This document shows, piece by piece, positions 53,269 through 62,341 of a stretch of DNA of 64,000 nt. The notes under the pieces were generated by a model. It was given only the letters and a program-made list of their open reading frames with translations, was not told the origin of the DNA and did no database searches. Numbering within the stretch: the first letter of the stretch is position 1; every line of letters begins with the position of its first letter. The translations under genes were made by a program, and so were the position numbers. Origin of the DNA: a virus; IMG/VR virus record IMGVR_UViG_3300017708_001182, positions 8,446 to 72,445 of that record; one strand, 5' to 3'.

Positions 53269-54618
53269 TTAACAAGGGTTATCTAATGTGTCTGTTAGAC
53301 CAACTTGCCAGTAAGTTGTTCCTCCACATTCTTTATTTATTTGATCACTTCCTCCAATTTCTGTTATGTATTCTATTGAGGCGTTATTTACAACAGTGAG
53401 TAGGTCACCTGCGTTAAGACTAGTAATTCCTAATTGACTAGCTACTTCATCTATTCTACAGGCCCAACCAACTGTATATGAGTTAGCCCCTCCATCACAA
53501 CCTGCTCCACCTCCAGCAAAAACTAGTCCAATTACTTTTATAGTTCCTCCTATGTTAGCAATTAAACCTGATCCTGAATCTCCACCTCTTACTGGATTAC
53601 AACAAAACCCTTCATCTGGATTCTGTGATGTAGGATTTTCTAAGATAGGTTTAAAGTATCCTATAATATCTTCCATTTCAATTAATGTACAATTTCCAGG
53701 GTTGGCACCTGAACATTGTCCATTTTGGTTACTATAACTAATATTAAAACTTCCAGTTGTTGTAAAAATTCTCATGGGGCAACTAGCTCCACCTTTAGGA
53801 CCTGTTGTTCTTCCTGAACTATATAATTCTGGATTGCTTATTAATACATTATCTATTTCTGCAGTTGTAGCAAAAGGAAGATTATTTGTAATAATTGAAT
53901 CTAATCCAACTTGTTTAAAGCTTTCATTAAGATTTATAACATTGTCGGTTAATGAAAATAATGAAGCATCTACGTTATTTGTTATTCCTGAAGTTTCTGG
54001 ATGAATGGGAACATATCTTACTCCTCTTCCAATTATATTTGCTGAAGTAAAATACTCTGACCAACTACCTCCAGGAACAGTTCCTTCGGTTCCTTGGTAT
54101 ACATTGTTTGTTGGGTCATAATCGTTTTGTATATTATAAGTTAGGTCTCTGTAGTTTGTGTAAAATGCATTTGCAATTGTAACATGATTATTACTAAGTC
54201 CTAATATTGCTCCTGTAGCAACATCTTTTACAACTAATCCGAATGTACCAACACTGCCTGATGTATTATTTGTACTTATAGATAAACCACCCTTAATAGG
54301 TCTTGTATATGATCTGTTAGGTACTGATGCTGATCCTGCGTTTTCACCACAGCCACCATTGCAAGTAAGTAACTCTGGTTGAGTAATTTCTACAACATCC
54401 GTTCTAATGGTCTGACTTCCAACTTTCACTTCACTTGGTATAATTTCTTCAGCTGATAGTTCTGATAAAGGTTTTTTCTTTTCAACACCACATACAATAC
54501 CTAGCTCTCCTGTACTAACTCCATTAGATGATTTATAACCATACCACACAGAAGTAAGACCTGGATTTGATCTACGAACCTCTCTTAATTTATCTTTTAT
54601 TTTTTGTGTTACTTTCAT
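53269..54618 (-). CDS. Trypsin/chymotrypsin-like (S1/PA clan) serine protease with N-terminal prodomain-like region
   Basis: Intact triad motifs SNNHV (His 54184-54186), VDASLF and GGDSGSG (Ser 53575-53577). GRTTG and GLVFAG motifs. Confidence 0.85.
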   Translation of the reverse strand: MKVTQKIKDKLREVRRSNPGLTSVWYGYKSSNGVSTGELGIVCGVEKKKPLSELSAEEIIPSEVKVGSQTIRTDVVEITQPELLTCNGGCGENAGSASVPNRSYTRPIKGGLSISTNNTSGSVGTFGLVVKDVATGAILGLSNNHVTIANAFYTNYRDLTYNIQNDYDPTNNVYQGTEGTVPGGSWSEYFTSANIIGRGVRYVPIHPETSGITNNVDASLFSLTDNVINLNESFKQVGLDSIITNNLPFATTAEIDNVLISNPELYSSGRTTGPKGGASCPMRIFTTTGSFNISYSNQNGQCSGANPGNCTLIEMEDIIGYFKPILENPTSQNPDEGFCCNPVRGGDSGSGLIANIGGTIKVIGLVFAGGGAGCDGGANSYTVGWACRIDEVASQLGITSLNAGDLLTVVNNASIEYITEIGGSDQINKECGGTTYWQVGLTDTLDNPC

Positions 54619-54627
54619 AATTTATAT

Positions 54628-57411
54628 CTATACTGGTGTTACAGGGTCAAACTTTATCCATATTGTACTTGGAGCATCTGGAGGTAACGTTGTTGTACTA
54701 GTGGTAGTTGTTGTAGTTTCATTTGATGGAATAAAAGATAAGTTTGAACTACATTCACCTGAATTACTCCAAGCTCTTAAATATTGATTATTAAATTCTT
54801 CTGCACCAAAGAATTCTGTGTTTTCATTTATTAATGTAGTATTGTAAGGGAAAGTTGTATCTATTTCATATAACTTAATACCACTTACAAGTATGTACAT
54901 TTTATCCTCATAGAAAAACATAGACTGGTTACTGTTCTGAATAACATATCCATCTGGTTCAGTATCCAGGATACTTAAGTATGTTACATTTATTTCAAGT
55001 TCTATATCTAAGGTAGCGTAATCCCTTTGAACTATATAACGTGGAGTGTCAATATCTTGAGTATCTACTCTCTGATATATTATTTTATTATTTGAAAATA
55101 TCGGAGATGTCCAATAAGGTCTCTCACTTTCTAAAGTAAATAAGAATGTTAGTGTAGTTGTACCGTCTGAATTTATTACTAGTTTATATATTTTACCAAC
55201 GTACCCTAGAGTTCCTTGGTTTGTATTTAATAAAAGAGTATTATCATCCATCGCACATGTAGATGGTGCTGAAAATTGTTCACCAGAAGGAGCAGTTACT
55301 ACTATCTCATCAATGTATGTTAAACCTTGTCCTATATCATATCTTTTTATAAGAAGATCAGATCCCTCTTTTTTTGCAAAAAACAAAATATTCTCTGAGC
55401 TAAAATTTCCTCTTTTATAATCAGCCACACTACCAAACCCATTTGGAAGAGATTGTGGTAAATATGTATTAGCTATTGGGTTATATATAAATACTGTATC
55501 AGCTCCAGCACTTCCTCTAAAAGGTGTTGCCCATGTACAGTTTTTTTCAACTTCTAAACAACCTAGTAATAGTGGTCCTCCAGTTGGAGCGTCACCAGAT
55601 ATAGTTAAAACTGTATAGTTTTCATCAGAAGATATAATAAATTCTCCATCACCTTCTGTACCATAGTCTGGTACACCTCCACCTATTGAGTTTCCTTGAA
55701 CTTGAACATTACATCCAACACTTATTGATACATTAGGTGTTCCTGTATTTGTGTCAAACGTATAAACATCTCCATAACTAAAATCAGGTTGACTATTTAA
55801 TACAGCAGCTCTAATAGGAATATTATTAACAGGTTGTGAAAAACTTAATGTAATAGTAAAATCAAAACCTTTAAGGGTTCCTAATACATTAGTTCCAGGT
55901 GGGTTAGATATTCCACTACATCCTCCTATAGGTACACCTCCTGGTCTATCTCCTGATTGTAATTTCATATTATCTTGACTGGCACTAGCTGTAACCTCAA
56001 TTCCTGCATATGTAAAAGTAGCAGGTCCTGTATATACCCAGTCACCACTCTTGTCTTGTTCAGTTAATGCAGGTATCCATGTAGCTCCTTCACAATCCTC
56101 ATATATAATGTCAACATTTGCACAACCAGTTGATGTGTGTATCCAAACAGTATTATCAGCTACTGTACCTGACAGTGTAGCATCATATGGTCCTATTTGA
56201 TCAATATTATACACCTGAAGTGTTTCTGGTTGAATTACCTGTAATAATCCATTTACACCCCATACAGGCATAGCTTTACTTACATTAGTCCAGTTAGTTG
56301 TAAAGTCAGGAACACCACGTTGTTGTAAATTAATAACAGGTGTTGACTGTGCACCCCAAGAACTTAAGTCTAATCCTTCATATTGTCTTACTCGATTTGA
56401 TCCAACGATTCCTTGTGCTTCTGGATTTTTATAGTATCTAGCAGAAACAATAACATTATTGTCATTAGTAATAAACGTTCCTGTAAGTTCTGTTGTTATA
56501 CCAGAAGTATTACCAAAACTAACACCTGCATTGCCTTCAGAATTTTGTTGACTTAGCGCAATGTCACCAAGTGTAGAAATGTCCCACTTGTAAATACCCA
56601 TTACATTACCGCCTTGGTCTATTGCACCAAATCCTACAAGTAATTTACTATTATCACTATTAACAGCTATTGTGGATATAGTTCTTCCATAAATACTTCC
56701 GCTATCAAGATTTGCTACATAAACAGTTATTTCTCTAACATAAGATAAAGTTGGTGTAGGACCAGATGTATTTATGTCCCACTCTCTAATGTATGCCACT
56801 GTATTATCAGTTGTAACACTAGCCAACCATAACTTATCTTCTGTAGAACAGATAGGTCTGTTAATCCCTTGAGTGGTTGTAAAGTCATTAGGTACTAGCA
56901 CAGAAGTTGATGAATTAGTGTTAAAGTCGTATACAGCAATTTCTCCTGAGTTACCACCATAAGTTGACCAAGTACATGGAGAGAACAGTGGATAACTAGT
57001 AGTAGTTGTTGTAGTGGTTGGAGCAGCTGTTGTAGTTGTTGTACTTGTACTAGTACTAGTAGTAGTAGTTACAGGACAAAGAATCTCTCCTGTAAAATTA
57101 CAATCTGGAGCAGGGCAAACAATTGTTCCACTAAAGTCACAATTCTCATAAGGACAAAGAATCTCTCCAGAGAAGTCGCAGTTTGGTGTAGCACAGTTGT
57201 ATATATCTGTTGTAAAAGGTGTACAATCTGCACCTAAATCTAATAATCTAACAGTTGTTGTTCCATCAGGAGCTTCGACTTCATAACCTCCTAAAAGATC
57301 AGCCTTGCTTATATTTTGTGCAAATGGTGTAGTAAAACCATCAACATCAGAGTACAGATCAAAAGGACCTGACTCTGCACCTGCGAAACTTAATGTTATA
57401 AATATTATCAT
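54628..57411 (-). CDS. Multi-domain decoration protein: GPFD domain, Cys repeats, poly-Thr, beta-propeller-like domains
   Basis: 927 aa. GPFDLYSDVDGFTTPF N-domain, three CxFxGxIxCP repeats, Thr runs and KLW...IREWDI beta-rich domains. Confidence 0.7.
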   Translation of the reverse strand: MIIFITLSFAGAESGPFDLYSDVDGFTTPFAQNISKADLLGGYEVEAPDGTTTVRLLDLGADCTPFTTDIYNCATPNCDFSGEILCPYENCDFSGTIVCPAPDCNFTGEILCPVTTTTSTSTSTTTTTAAPTTTTTTTSYPLFSPCTWSTYGGNSGEIAVYDFNTNSSTSVLVPNDFTTTQGINRPICSTEDKLWLASVTTDNTVAYIREWDINTSGPTPTLSYVREITVYVANLDSGSIYGRTISTIAVNSDNSKLLVGFGAIDQGGNVMGIYKWDISTLGDIALSQQNSEGNAGVSFGNTSGITTELTGTFITNDNNVIVSARYYKNPEAQGIVGSNRVRQYEGLDLSSWGAQSTPVINLQQRGVPDFTTNWTNVSKAMPVWGVNGLLQVIQPETLQVYNIDQIGPYDATLSGTVADNTVWIHTSTGCANVDIIYEDCEGATWIPALTEQDKSGDWVYTGPATFTYAGIEVTASASQDNMKLQSGDRPGGVPIGGCSGISNPPGTNVLGTLKGFDFTITLSFSQPVNNIPIRAAVLNSQPDFSYGDVYTFDTNTGTPNVSISVGCNVQVQGNSIGGGVPDYGTEGDGEFIISSDENYTVLTISGDAPTGGPLLLGCLEVEKNCTWATPFRGSAGADTVFIYNPIANTYLPQSLPNGFGSVADYKRGNFSSENILFFAKKEGSDLLIKRYDIGQGLTYIDEIVVTAPSGEQFSAPSTCAMDDNTLLLNTNQGTLGYVGKIYKLVINSDGTTTLTFLFTLESERPYWTSPIFSNNKIIYQRVDTQDIDTPRYIVQRDYATLDIELEINVTYLSILDTEPDGYVIQNSNQSMFFYEDKMYILVSGIKLYEIDTTFPYNTTLINENTEFFGAEEFNNQYLRAWSNSGECSSNLSFIPSNETTTTTTSTTTLPPDAPSTIWIKFDPVTPV
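57073..57180 (-). repeat. Three tandem 39-bp (13-aa) Cys repeats
   Basis: CDFSGEILCPYEN / CDFSGTIVCPAPD / CNFTGEILCPV. A similar unit CEFSGNIIC occurs at 60007-60036. Confidence 0.9.
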
Positions 57412-57425
57412 TTTCTTTACTTACT

Positions 57426-60404
57426 TTATAAGTTATAACCTAGTTGGTTTAATCCATTCTTTATATTTTCAAACCATTCATTTGGTTGTGGGTAAGATGG
57501 AACATTTCTAACATAAATGATTCTTGTTGGTTCACCATTTGACTCTGCTACCAAGAGTTGTTCATTTGTGTACGCATACATTTCATTTTCTGCATTTGCT
57601 CCACTTTCTAATCCAGTAGAAAGTTCTTCATAGTCCTCTCTACTACCACCACCAGACATTGTATAGAATATACCTCTATATATTGTGGTATTTCCTGCAG
57701 CTGTTTCTAAATCAGATATAGTAGTTTTTACAAAAGTTACATCATCTGTAACATTTGGGTCTGTCTGAGTTTGTCTATTATCCCAATCACTGAACTGTCC
57801 ATTATAAGCTATACTAGAATCTCCAAAAGACTGAAATATAATATTATCTGCTCCCTCAAATTTTCCTCCAGGAGATGTGTCTATAGGTAGTGCGTTATTA
57901 TTACCTGCATTAGCTAAATATTTTATTTGATGTTCAGTTCTATCACTTGCATAAATTAAATGAGAATCAAATGCATCTGATCCATTTGTTGTAGGATCTG
58001 TATTACCTTCACCTTCAGTTAGTCCTGTTGCATAATAATCCTGTAAAATATTTCTAAGATTACCTTCATTATTATAATCTGCAGTTTTTGCTGAAGAGCT
58101 AAGTGTAAATGTTAATACAGAATTAATAGGAGTTGATATAGGGTTATTAACTGTTATTTCAGCACCAAAAATGCTAACTATTTCTGTATCTGAAGGAACT
58201 CCTGGTCCACTCACTTCCATTCCTATTTTTAAAAAGAATCTAGAATTAAGAGTCTCGCCATTTACATCATCAATATATGCCATATCATCTGATGACGTTC
58301 CTTCAAATAGTACAAAAGTTGTGGTAGGCCATCCACCGACATGTGCTTCTAACTTTGCCCTAATAATAGAACAACTAGATACATCTGAAATTCTCTGTGT
58401 ATCATAATAAAATGATGAACTTGTATCTATATTAAATACAAAATACGTATTTGGGTTCCAGGTTGCAGGTGGAGTTGTAGTTGTTGTGGTTGTGGTTGAG
58501 TTACACGCAGCTATTATTTGCTGTTGTATTTCTTGTGAACTTGCATCATTGCTCCAATCTCCACCAGTTTGTTCTGCTAATTCTCTCCATGGGTATATAC
58601 CATCTACAACAGATGAAGAACCTGGATCTCCTCCTACTAGATCTACACCCTCACCTAAAACAAAATATTTAATTCCATTTTCCTGAGCATATGTAATCAT
58701 ACTTTGTATACCTTCCCAAACAACTACATCAAAATAATCTCTAGTGCTTCCTGGAAATTGGTCAGTTAGTATAACAATATATTTTGCAACATTTGGTCTA
58801 AATGCTCCTGTCAAACTTGATTCTGCAATTAATTTAGCTGCATAGTCAGTAGGTTCAGCAGCCATTACACCATTGCCTATTTGAACGCAACCATCTCCAG
58901 TCCCAGCTCCTCCACTTAATTTTTGAAGTTGTTGATTAAAGGTTGCTTGATTATTGTCACTAAACATTTCCCAAGCAGTAATATATTGATAAAGATCATA
59001 TGGAACAAAAGCTGGATTTACACTTTGAGTAGGACCATTTATAATTTTTTGACTAGAATCTAAATTTATGTAATCTACACAATTTCCATAACTAGGGATG
59101 GCGTAAGGTTGACTGTCCGTATACTCATCAACAGTTACTAAAGATAATCTATATCCACCAGCACCTGACTGAGCATAAATAGCATTTACAATACCTGCTA
59201 TTCCTGCTTTTACATTTTGAACTATAGGATACATTGATGTTGTATAATCAAATACAAATGCCACATCCAATCCATCTGTACATGGAATGTCTTCTGGAGT
59301 AGCAGTTGTAGTGGTTGTAGTTGTTTGTGCAACACCACCACATGCATATAAATCAAAGACTACACCAGCTAATGGAAGACTTGTAGTGTTAGTTAATACT
59401 AATCTAGAGATACTTCCTGCTTCTGGTGTAATAACAGTAATTCCACTTTGTAAACTTGGACTAATTTGTACACCTGTTAAGTTAATTTGATTTTCATTAA
59501 CTTGAGTTGTTTCATAAGTAGCAGTGGCTTCATTTAAGCTACAGCTAAGTAATGTTTCACCTACAATAGGATCTAAAGACTCTACAGTTACAGTTTCTGT
59601 CTCACCTAAGAAACTACTGTATCCATATCCAGTACTAACAAGTGCTACAGAAACTACAGGTGGGTCAAATTCTAAAACTATAGATCCTCCTATTACTAGA
59701 GGGAACTGAGTCTTGTCAGTATCATTATATGTATTAACTAATACTCCATCACACAATTCCTCTGTTCCAGGATCTGTTAATAGAGTAGGTGATATAGCTG
59801 GTCCTGTATAAGTTGTAGTTAATTCAACACCATTAGATAATACTTTTGTACCGTTACCTGTTATACCATTAGGGAAACCTTCTGGATTATTTGTATTAAA
59901 AGGTGTCTCACATTGAGGTGGAGGTGGTATCTCTCTAACTTGGAAACATCCTTCAACTCTACAATCTGGTAATATAGTAGTTGTAGTTGTTGTAGTTGTT
60001 GGTGGAATGCAAATTATATTTCCACTAAACTCACAAATTATTGGAGATGTAGTGGTAGTTGTAGTTGTTGGATTTGGTACTATAGGTATAGGGCATGTTG
60101 TTATTTCACATACCGTAGGTTCGTTACATTTAGCAACACATCCAGATGTTAAACGAATAACTTTACCAGCAATATCGTTAACAGACAAAGATCCTCCATA
60201 ATGAGGATTGCAGTATTTAAACGTTAATATACGTTTATATGCTAGCAACTGAACAATTGCAGTAGCAGGAACACAATCCCCTAACATGAATACAACATTA
60301 TTGTATGCACTGTTAGCAAGTTCTGCTATCTTGCAATCTATCTTCCTAAGTAAATCAGGTATCTTGTGACAGTCCTGACAGTTTGTTAATCTGGGTGTTA
60401 ACAT
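57426..60404 (-). CDS. Tail-hub-B-like N-domain fused to poly-Thr linkers, a beta-sandwich and a vWA domain
   Basis: N-terminal Cys-rich helical domain in the hub position. LDVAFVFDYTTSM (MIDAS DxTxS), EPTD and IVILTD define a vWA domain at about 58620-59280. Confidence 0.65.
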   Translation of the reverse strand: MLTPRLTNCQDCHKIPDLLRKIDCKIAELANSAYNNVVFMLGDCVPATAIVQLLAYKRILTFKYCNPHYGGSLSVNDIAGKVIRLTSGCVAKCNEPTVCEITTCPIPIVPNPTTTTTTTSPIICEFSGNIICIPPTTTTTTTTILPDCRVEGCFQVREIPPPPQCETPFNTNNPEGFPNGITGNGTKVLSNGVELTTTYTGPAISPTLLTDPGTEELCDGVLVNTYNDTDKTQFPLVIGGSIVLEFDPPVVSVALVSTGYGYSSFLGETETVTVESLDPIVGETLLSCSLNEATATYETTQVNENQINLTGVQISPSLQSGITVITPEAGSISRLVLTNTTSLPLAGVVFDLYACGGVAQTTTTTTTATPEDIPCTDGLDVAFVFDYTTSMYPIVQNVKAGIAGIVNAIYAQSGAGGYRLSLVTVDEYTDSQPYAIPSYGNCVDYINLDSSQKIINGPTQSVNPAFVPYDLYQYITAWEMFSDNNQATFNQQLQKLSGGAGTGDGCVQIGNGVMAAEPTDYAAKLIAESSLTGAFRPNVAKYIVILTDQFPGSTRDYFDVVVWEGIQSMITYAQENGIKYFVLGEGVDLVGGDPGSSSVVDGIYPWRELAEQTGGDWSNDASSQEIQQQIIAACNSTTTTTTTTPPATWNPNTYFVFNIDTSSSFYYDTQRISDVSSCSIIRAKLEAHVGGWPTTTFVLFEGTSSDDMAYIDDVNGETLNSRFFLKIGMEVSGPGVPSDTEIVSIFGAEITVNNPISTPINSVLTFTLSSSAKTADYNNEGNLRNILQDYYATGLTEGEGNTDPTTNGSDAFDSHLIYASDRTEHQIKYLANAGNNNALPIDTSPGGKFEGADNIIFQSFGDSSIAYNGQFSDWDNRQTQTDPNVTDDVTFVKTTISDLETAAGNTTIYRGIFYTMSGGGSREDYEELSTGLESGANAENEMYAYTNEQLLVAESNGEPTRIIYVRNVPSYPQPNEWFENIKNGLNQLGYNL

Positions 60405-60516
60405 AAGTTGATGTTGTTACTTCCTTTTTAGAATTACCATTACAATGAGCACATAGACCGTTAGTTAACTGACATCCACATCCTACTTTTGCACCACAAT
60501 TTGCACACTGGGCCAT
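60355..60516 (-). CDS. Unannotated 53-aa Cys-rich microprotein (MAQCANCGAKVGCGCQLTNGLCAHCNG...)
   Basis: ATG 2 nt after the stop of 60519-61091 with an A-rich context. CxxC-x5-CxC-x6-CxxC. TGA at 60355-60357. Overlaps the next gene by 50 nt. Missing from the ORF track because of its size. Confidence 0.7.
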   Translation of the reverse strand: MAQCANCGAKVGCGCQLTNGLCAHCNGNSKKEVTTSTYVNTQINKLSGLSQDT

Positions 60517-60518
60517 TT

Positions 60519-61091
60519 TTATCTAAAGTTTATTATGTAATTGTTACCGTTACCAGTACAACCACAATTGGTTTTTATAAATTGATCAAGCATATTGCTT
60601 GCTTTTGTATATAACTTAAGAGCATCTTGCTCAGCACAATTGTTTGCTAAAGAGATTGCTCCTTGAATAAAAAAGTTTATTGTGTTTAAATTTACACTAG
60701 CTTGAGTTTTAAGGGCACTATCGCACTCCATTAAGTCAAGTTTTAAAAACGCACTGTCAAATTTCTCCTGTAATTTGTCAACACGCATAATAGTCTTTTC
60801 AACATAGTTTGTGTATGCTGGAGCTATTGAATATTTTAATTTATATATACCATCAGGCAAAGCTTGTTTGCAGCCATCTTCAGTTATTCCTAAAGTGTCT
60901 GATCCAAAGATGTTAGTTTCTAATGGTAGAAAAGGTAATATTTGTTTACCAAAATTTGGTACTTCTATCTCAATTGTTGGAGCTGATACAACTGGTGGGC
61001 TGTCTGGATAGACAGATGCATCTGTAACAGCAAGTAACAGAGTACTATAGGTAGGAGGTACTATAATATCTAATTGTAATGTGGCTGCCAT
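60519..61091 (-). CDS. Tail-hub-A-like structural protein (crAss gp38-like)
   Basis: 190 aa. Ig-like N-part (LPDGIYKLKYSIAP) and helical Cys-containing C-part. Directly downstream of the auxiliary capsid gene. Confidence 0.55.
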   Translation of the reverse strand: MAATLQLDIIVPPTYSTLLLAVTDASVYPDSPPVVSAPTIEIEVPNFGKQILPFLPLETNIFGSDTLGITEDGCKQALPDGIYKLKYSIAPAYTNYVEKTIMRVDKLQEKFDSAFLKLDLMECDSALKTQASVNLNTINFFIQGAISLANNCAEQDALKLYTKASNMLDQFIKTNCGCTGNGNNYIINFR

Positions 61092-61102
61092 ACTATTGTT
61101 TT

Positions 61103-61151
61103 AAAAAAAAATGCCAGAGGATATGAGTGTAAATCCTCTCACCTCTGGCAT
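61103..61151 (-). terminator. Intrinsic terminator after the auxiliary capsid gene
   Basis: 10-bp stem ATGCCAGAGG/CCTCTGGCAT (61111-61120 / 61142-61151) followed on the minus strand by a run of T. Confidence 0.85.
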
Positions 61152-61190
61152 AGGTTTATGTTAATGTTCTCTCCCTACATCTGACGCTGT

Positions 61191-62312
61191 TTAAGCAGCA
61201 GTAGTAGTTGTTGTAATACATACATTGTCATCAGCAACAGCTCCTAATGCATTTACTAATATTGCCTCTATTGAAGCAGCAATACCACTTGTGTCAGCGT
61301 TAGGTGCAGCGATGATTACAGTTGAATCTTGCATGATGTAATCTCCCCATTGGTAGGCAGCTTTATCATACTGGTTAAACCTAATGTAGTAGCTATCGTA
61401 AACAACTCCATCAGATACATAAGACTCAAAGTTCTCATTGTAGCCACCTTTTCTATATAGTGACTTTAAATATCCAGCTTGGTAGCTGTAGAAGTTCTTT
61501 TCTAATTGCTTGAATTCTTCAGATCCTCCAGAAGCATAAGATGCTTTTTGAATTAAAGAAGAACTAGCAACGATATTACAAGCATCAGCAACAATAAAAT
61601 CAGCAGTTGTAGCTGGTCCATCGTATACAAAAGTACTGAAGTACATTCTGTCATACTCGAATGGGAATGCAGCAACATCACAAGGTTGACCATATTTAGT
61701 TAATGGTTTACCTTCGATTCTAAGTTTAGTTCCACCAACATTTTCAAAAGTAAAGAAAGAGTTGAAAGAAACGTTGTCTGGATTGTTTCCAGGAGCTTGT
61801 TGTTCTAATTTAGCAATTAGAGAGTTGATTAATGCGTTAGTATCTACATCAGTACATACATCACCGCCACATTCACAACATGGAGCATTTACAGTTACAG
61901 AACGTGTAAATCCATTGAAGTATAATGTATCAATGTAAGAAGAGTGAGCACGTAATGTTAAAGTTACGATTTCACCACATTGTACTTTGAAGTCTGTTAC
62001 GTCAGTAATTTGATTAGCAGCAGTGGCGCATCCTGATACTTTGTACCATTCTGTTACATTACTACCACTTCCTGTATTTTTAGATCCAGAAATCTTATCA
62101 GATCTTTTAGATCCTTGTAGGTAAGTGTTTGCTCTACCTTGAGCAACGTACAGGTATTTTGCAGCTTCAGCAGTTGTTGAGCTTACAGTTAGATAATTTT
62201 GATCAAAGATTCCTACAGTACCTGCAGTTAAATCTTGAGTCGAACCAGAGCTAGGAACATCAGTTTGCCCCACTGGCACCACGAATAACGTGGTTAATGA
62301 AAAATCAGACAT
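61191..62312 (-). CDS. Auxiliary (minor) capsid protein, crAss gp36-like
   Basis: 373 aa with CC-containing central insert (VNAPCCECGGDVC). Followed by a strong terminator, as expected for an abundant capsid transcript. Syntenic position. Confidence 0.65.
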   Translation of the reverse strand: MSDFSLTTLFVVPVGQTDVPSSGSTQDLTAGTVGIFDQNYLTVSSTTAEAAKYLYVAQGRANTYLQGSKRSDKISGSKNTGSGSNVTEWYKVSGCATAANQITDVTDFKVQCGEIVTLTLRAHSSYIDTLYFNGFTRSVTVNAPCCECGGDVCTDVDTNALINSLIAKLEQQAPGNNPDNVSFNSFFTFENVGGTKLRIEGKPLTKYGQPCDVAAFPFEYDRMYFSTFVYDGPATTADFIVADACNIVASSSLIQKASYASGGSEEFKQLEKNFYSYQAGYLKSLYRKGGYNENFESYVSDGVVYDSYYIRFNQYDKAAYQWGDYIMQDSTVIIAAPNADTSGIAASIEAILVNALGAVADDNVCITTTTTAA

Positions 62313-62341
62313 GTTTTATGATTTAAAGGTTAAAAATAATA

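Noticed and set aside
11377-60201. Many 60-210 aa plus-strand ORFs antisense to large genes (including poly-Val ORFs opposite Thr runs)
   Set aside because: They are fully nested antisense to well-supported genes, low complexity, and lack motifs.
60519-62312. Calling these genes tail sheath or major capsid
   Set aside because: No sheath or HK97 major-capsid features are evident. Synteny fits auxiliary capsid and hub proteins of a podovirus-like crAss virion, with the major capsid gene probably just beyond the window.
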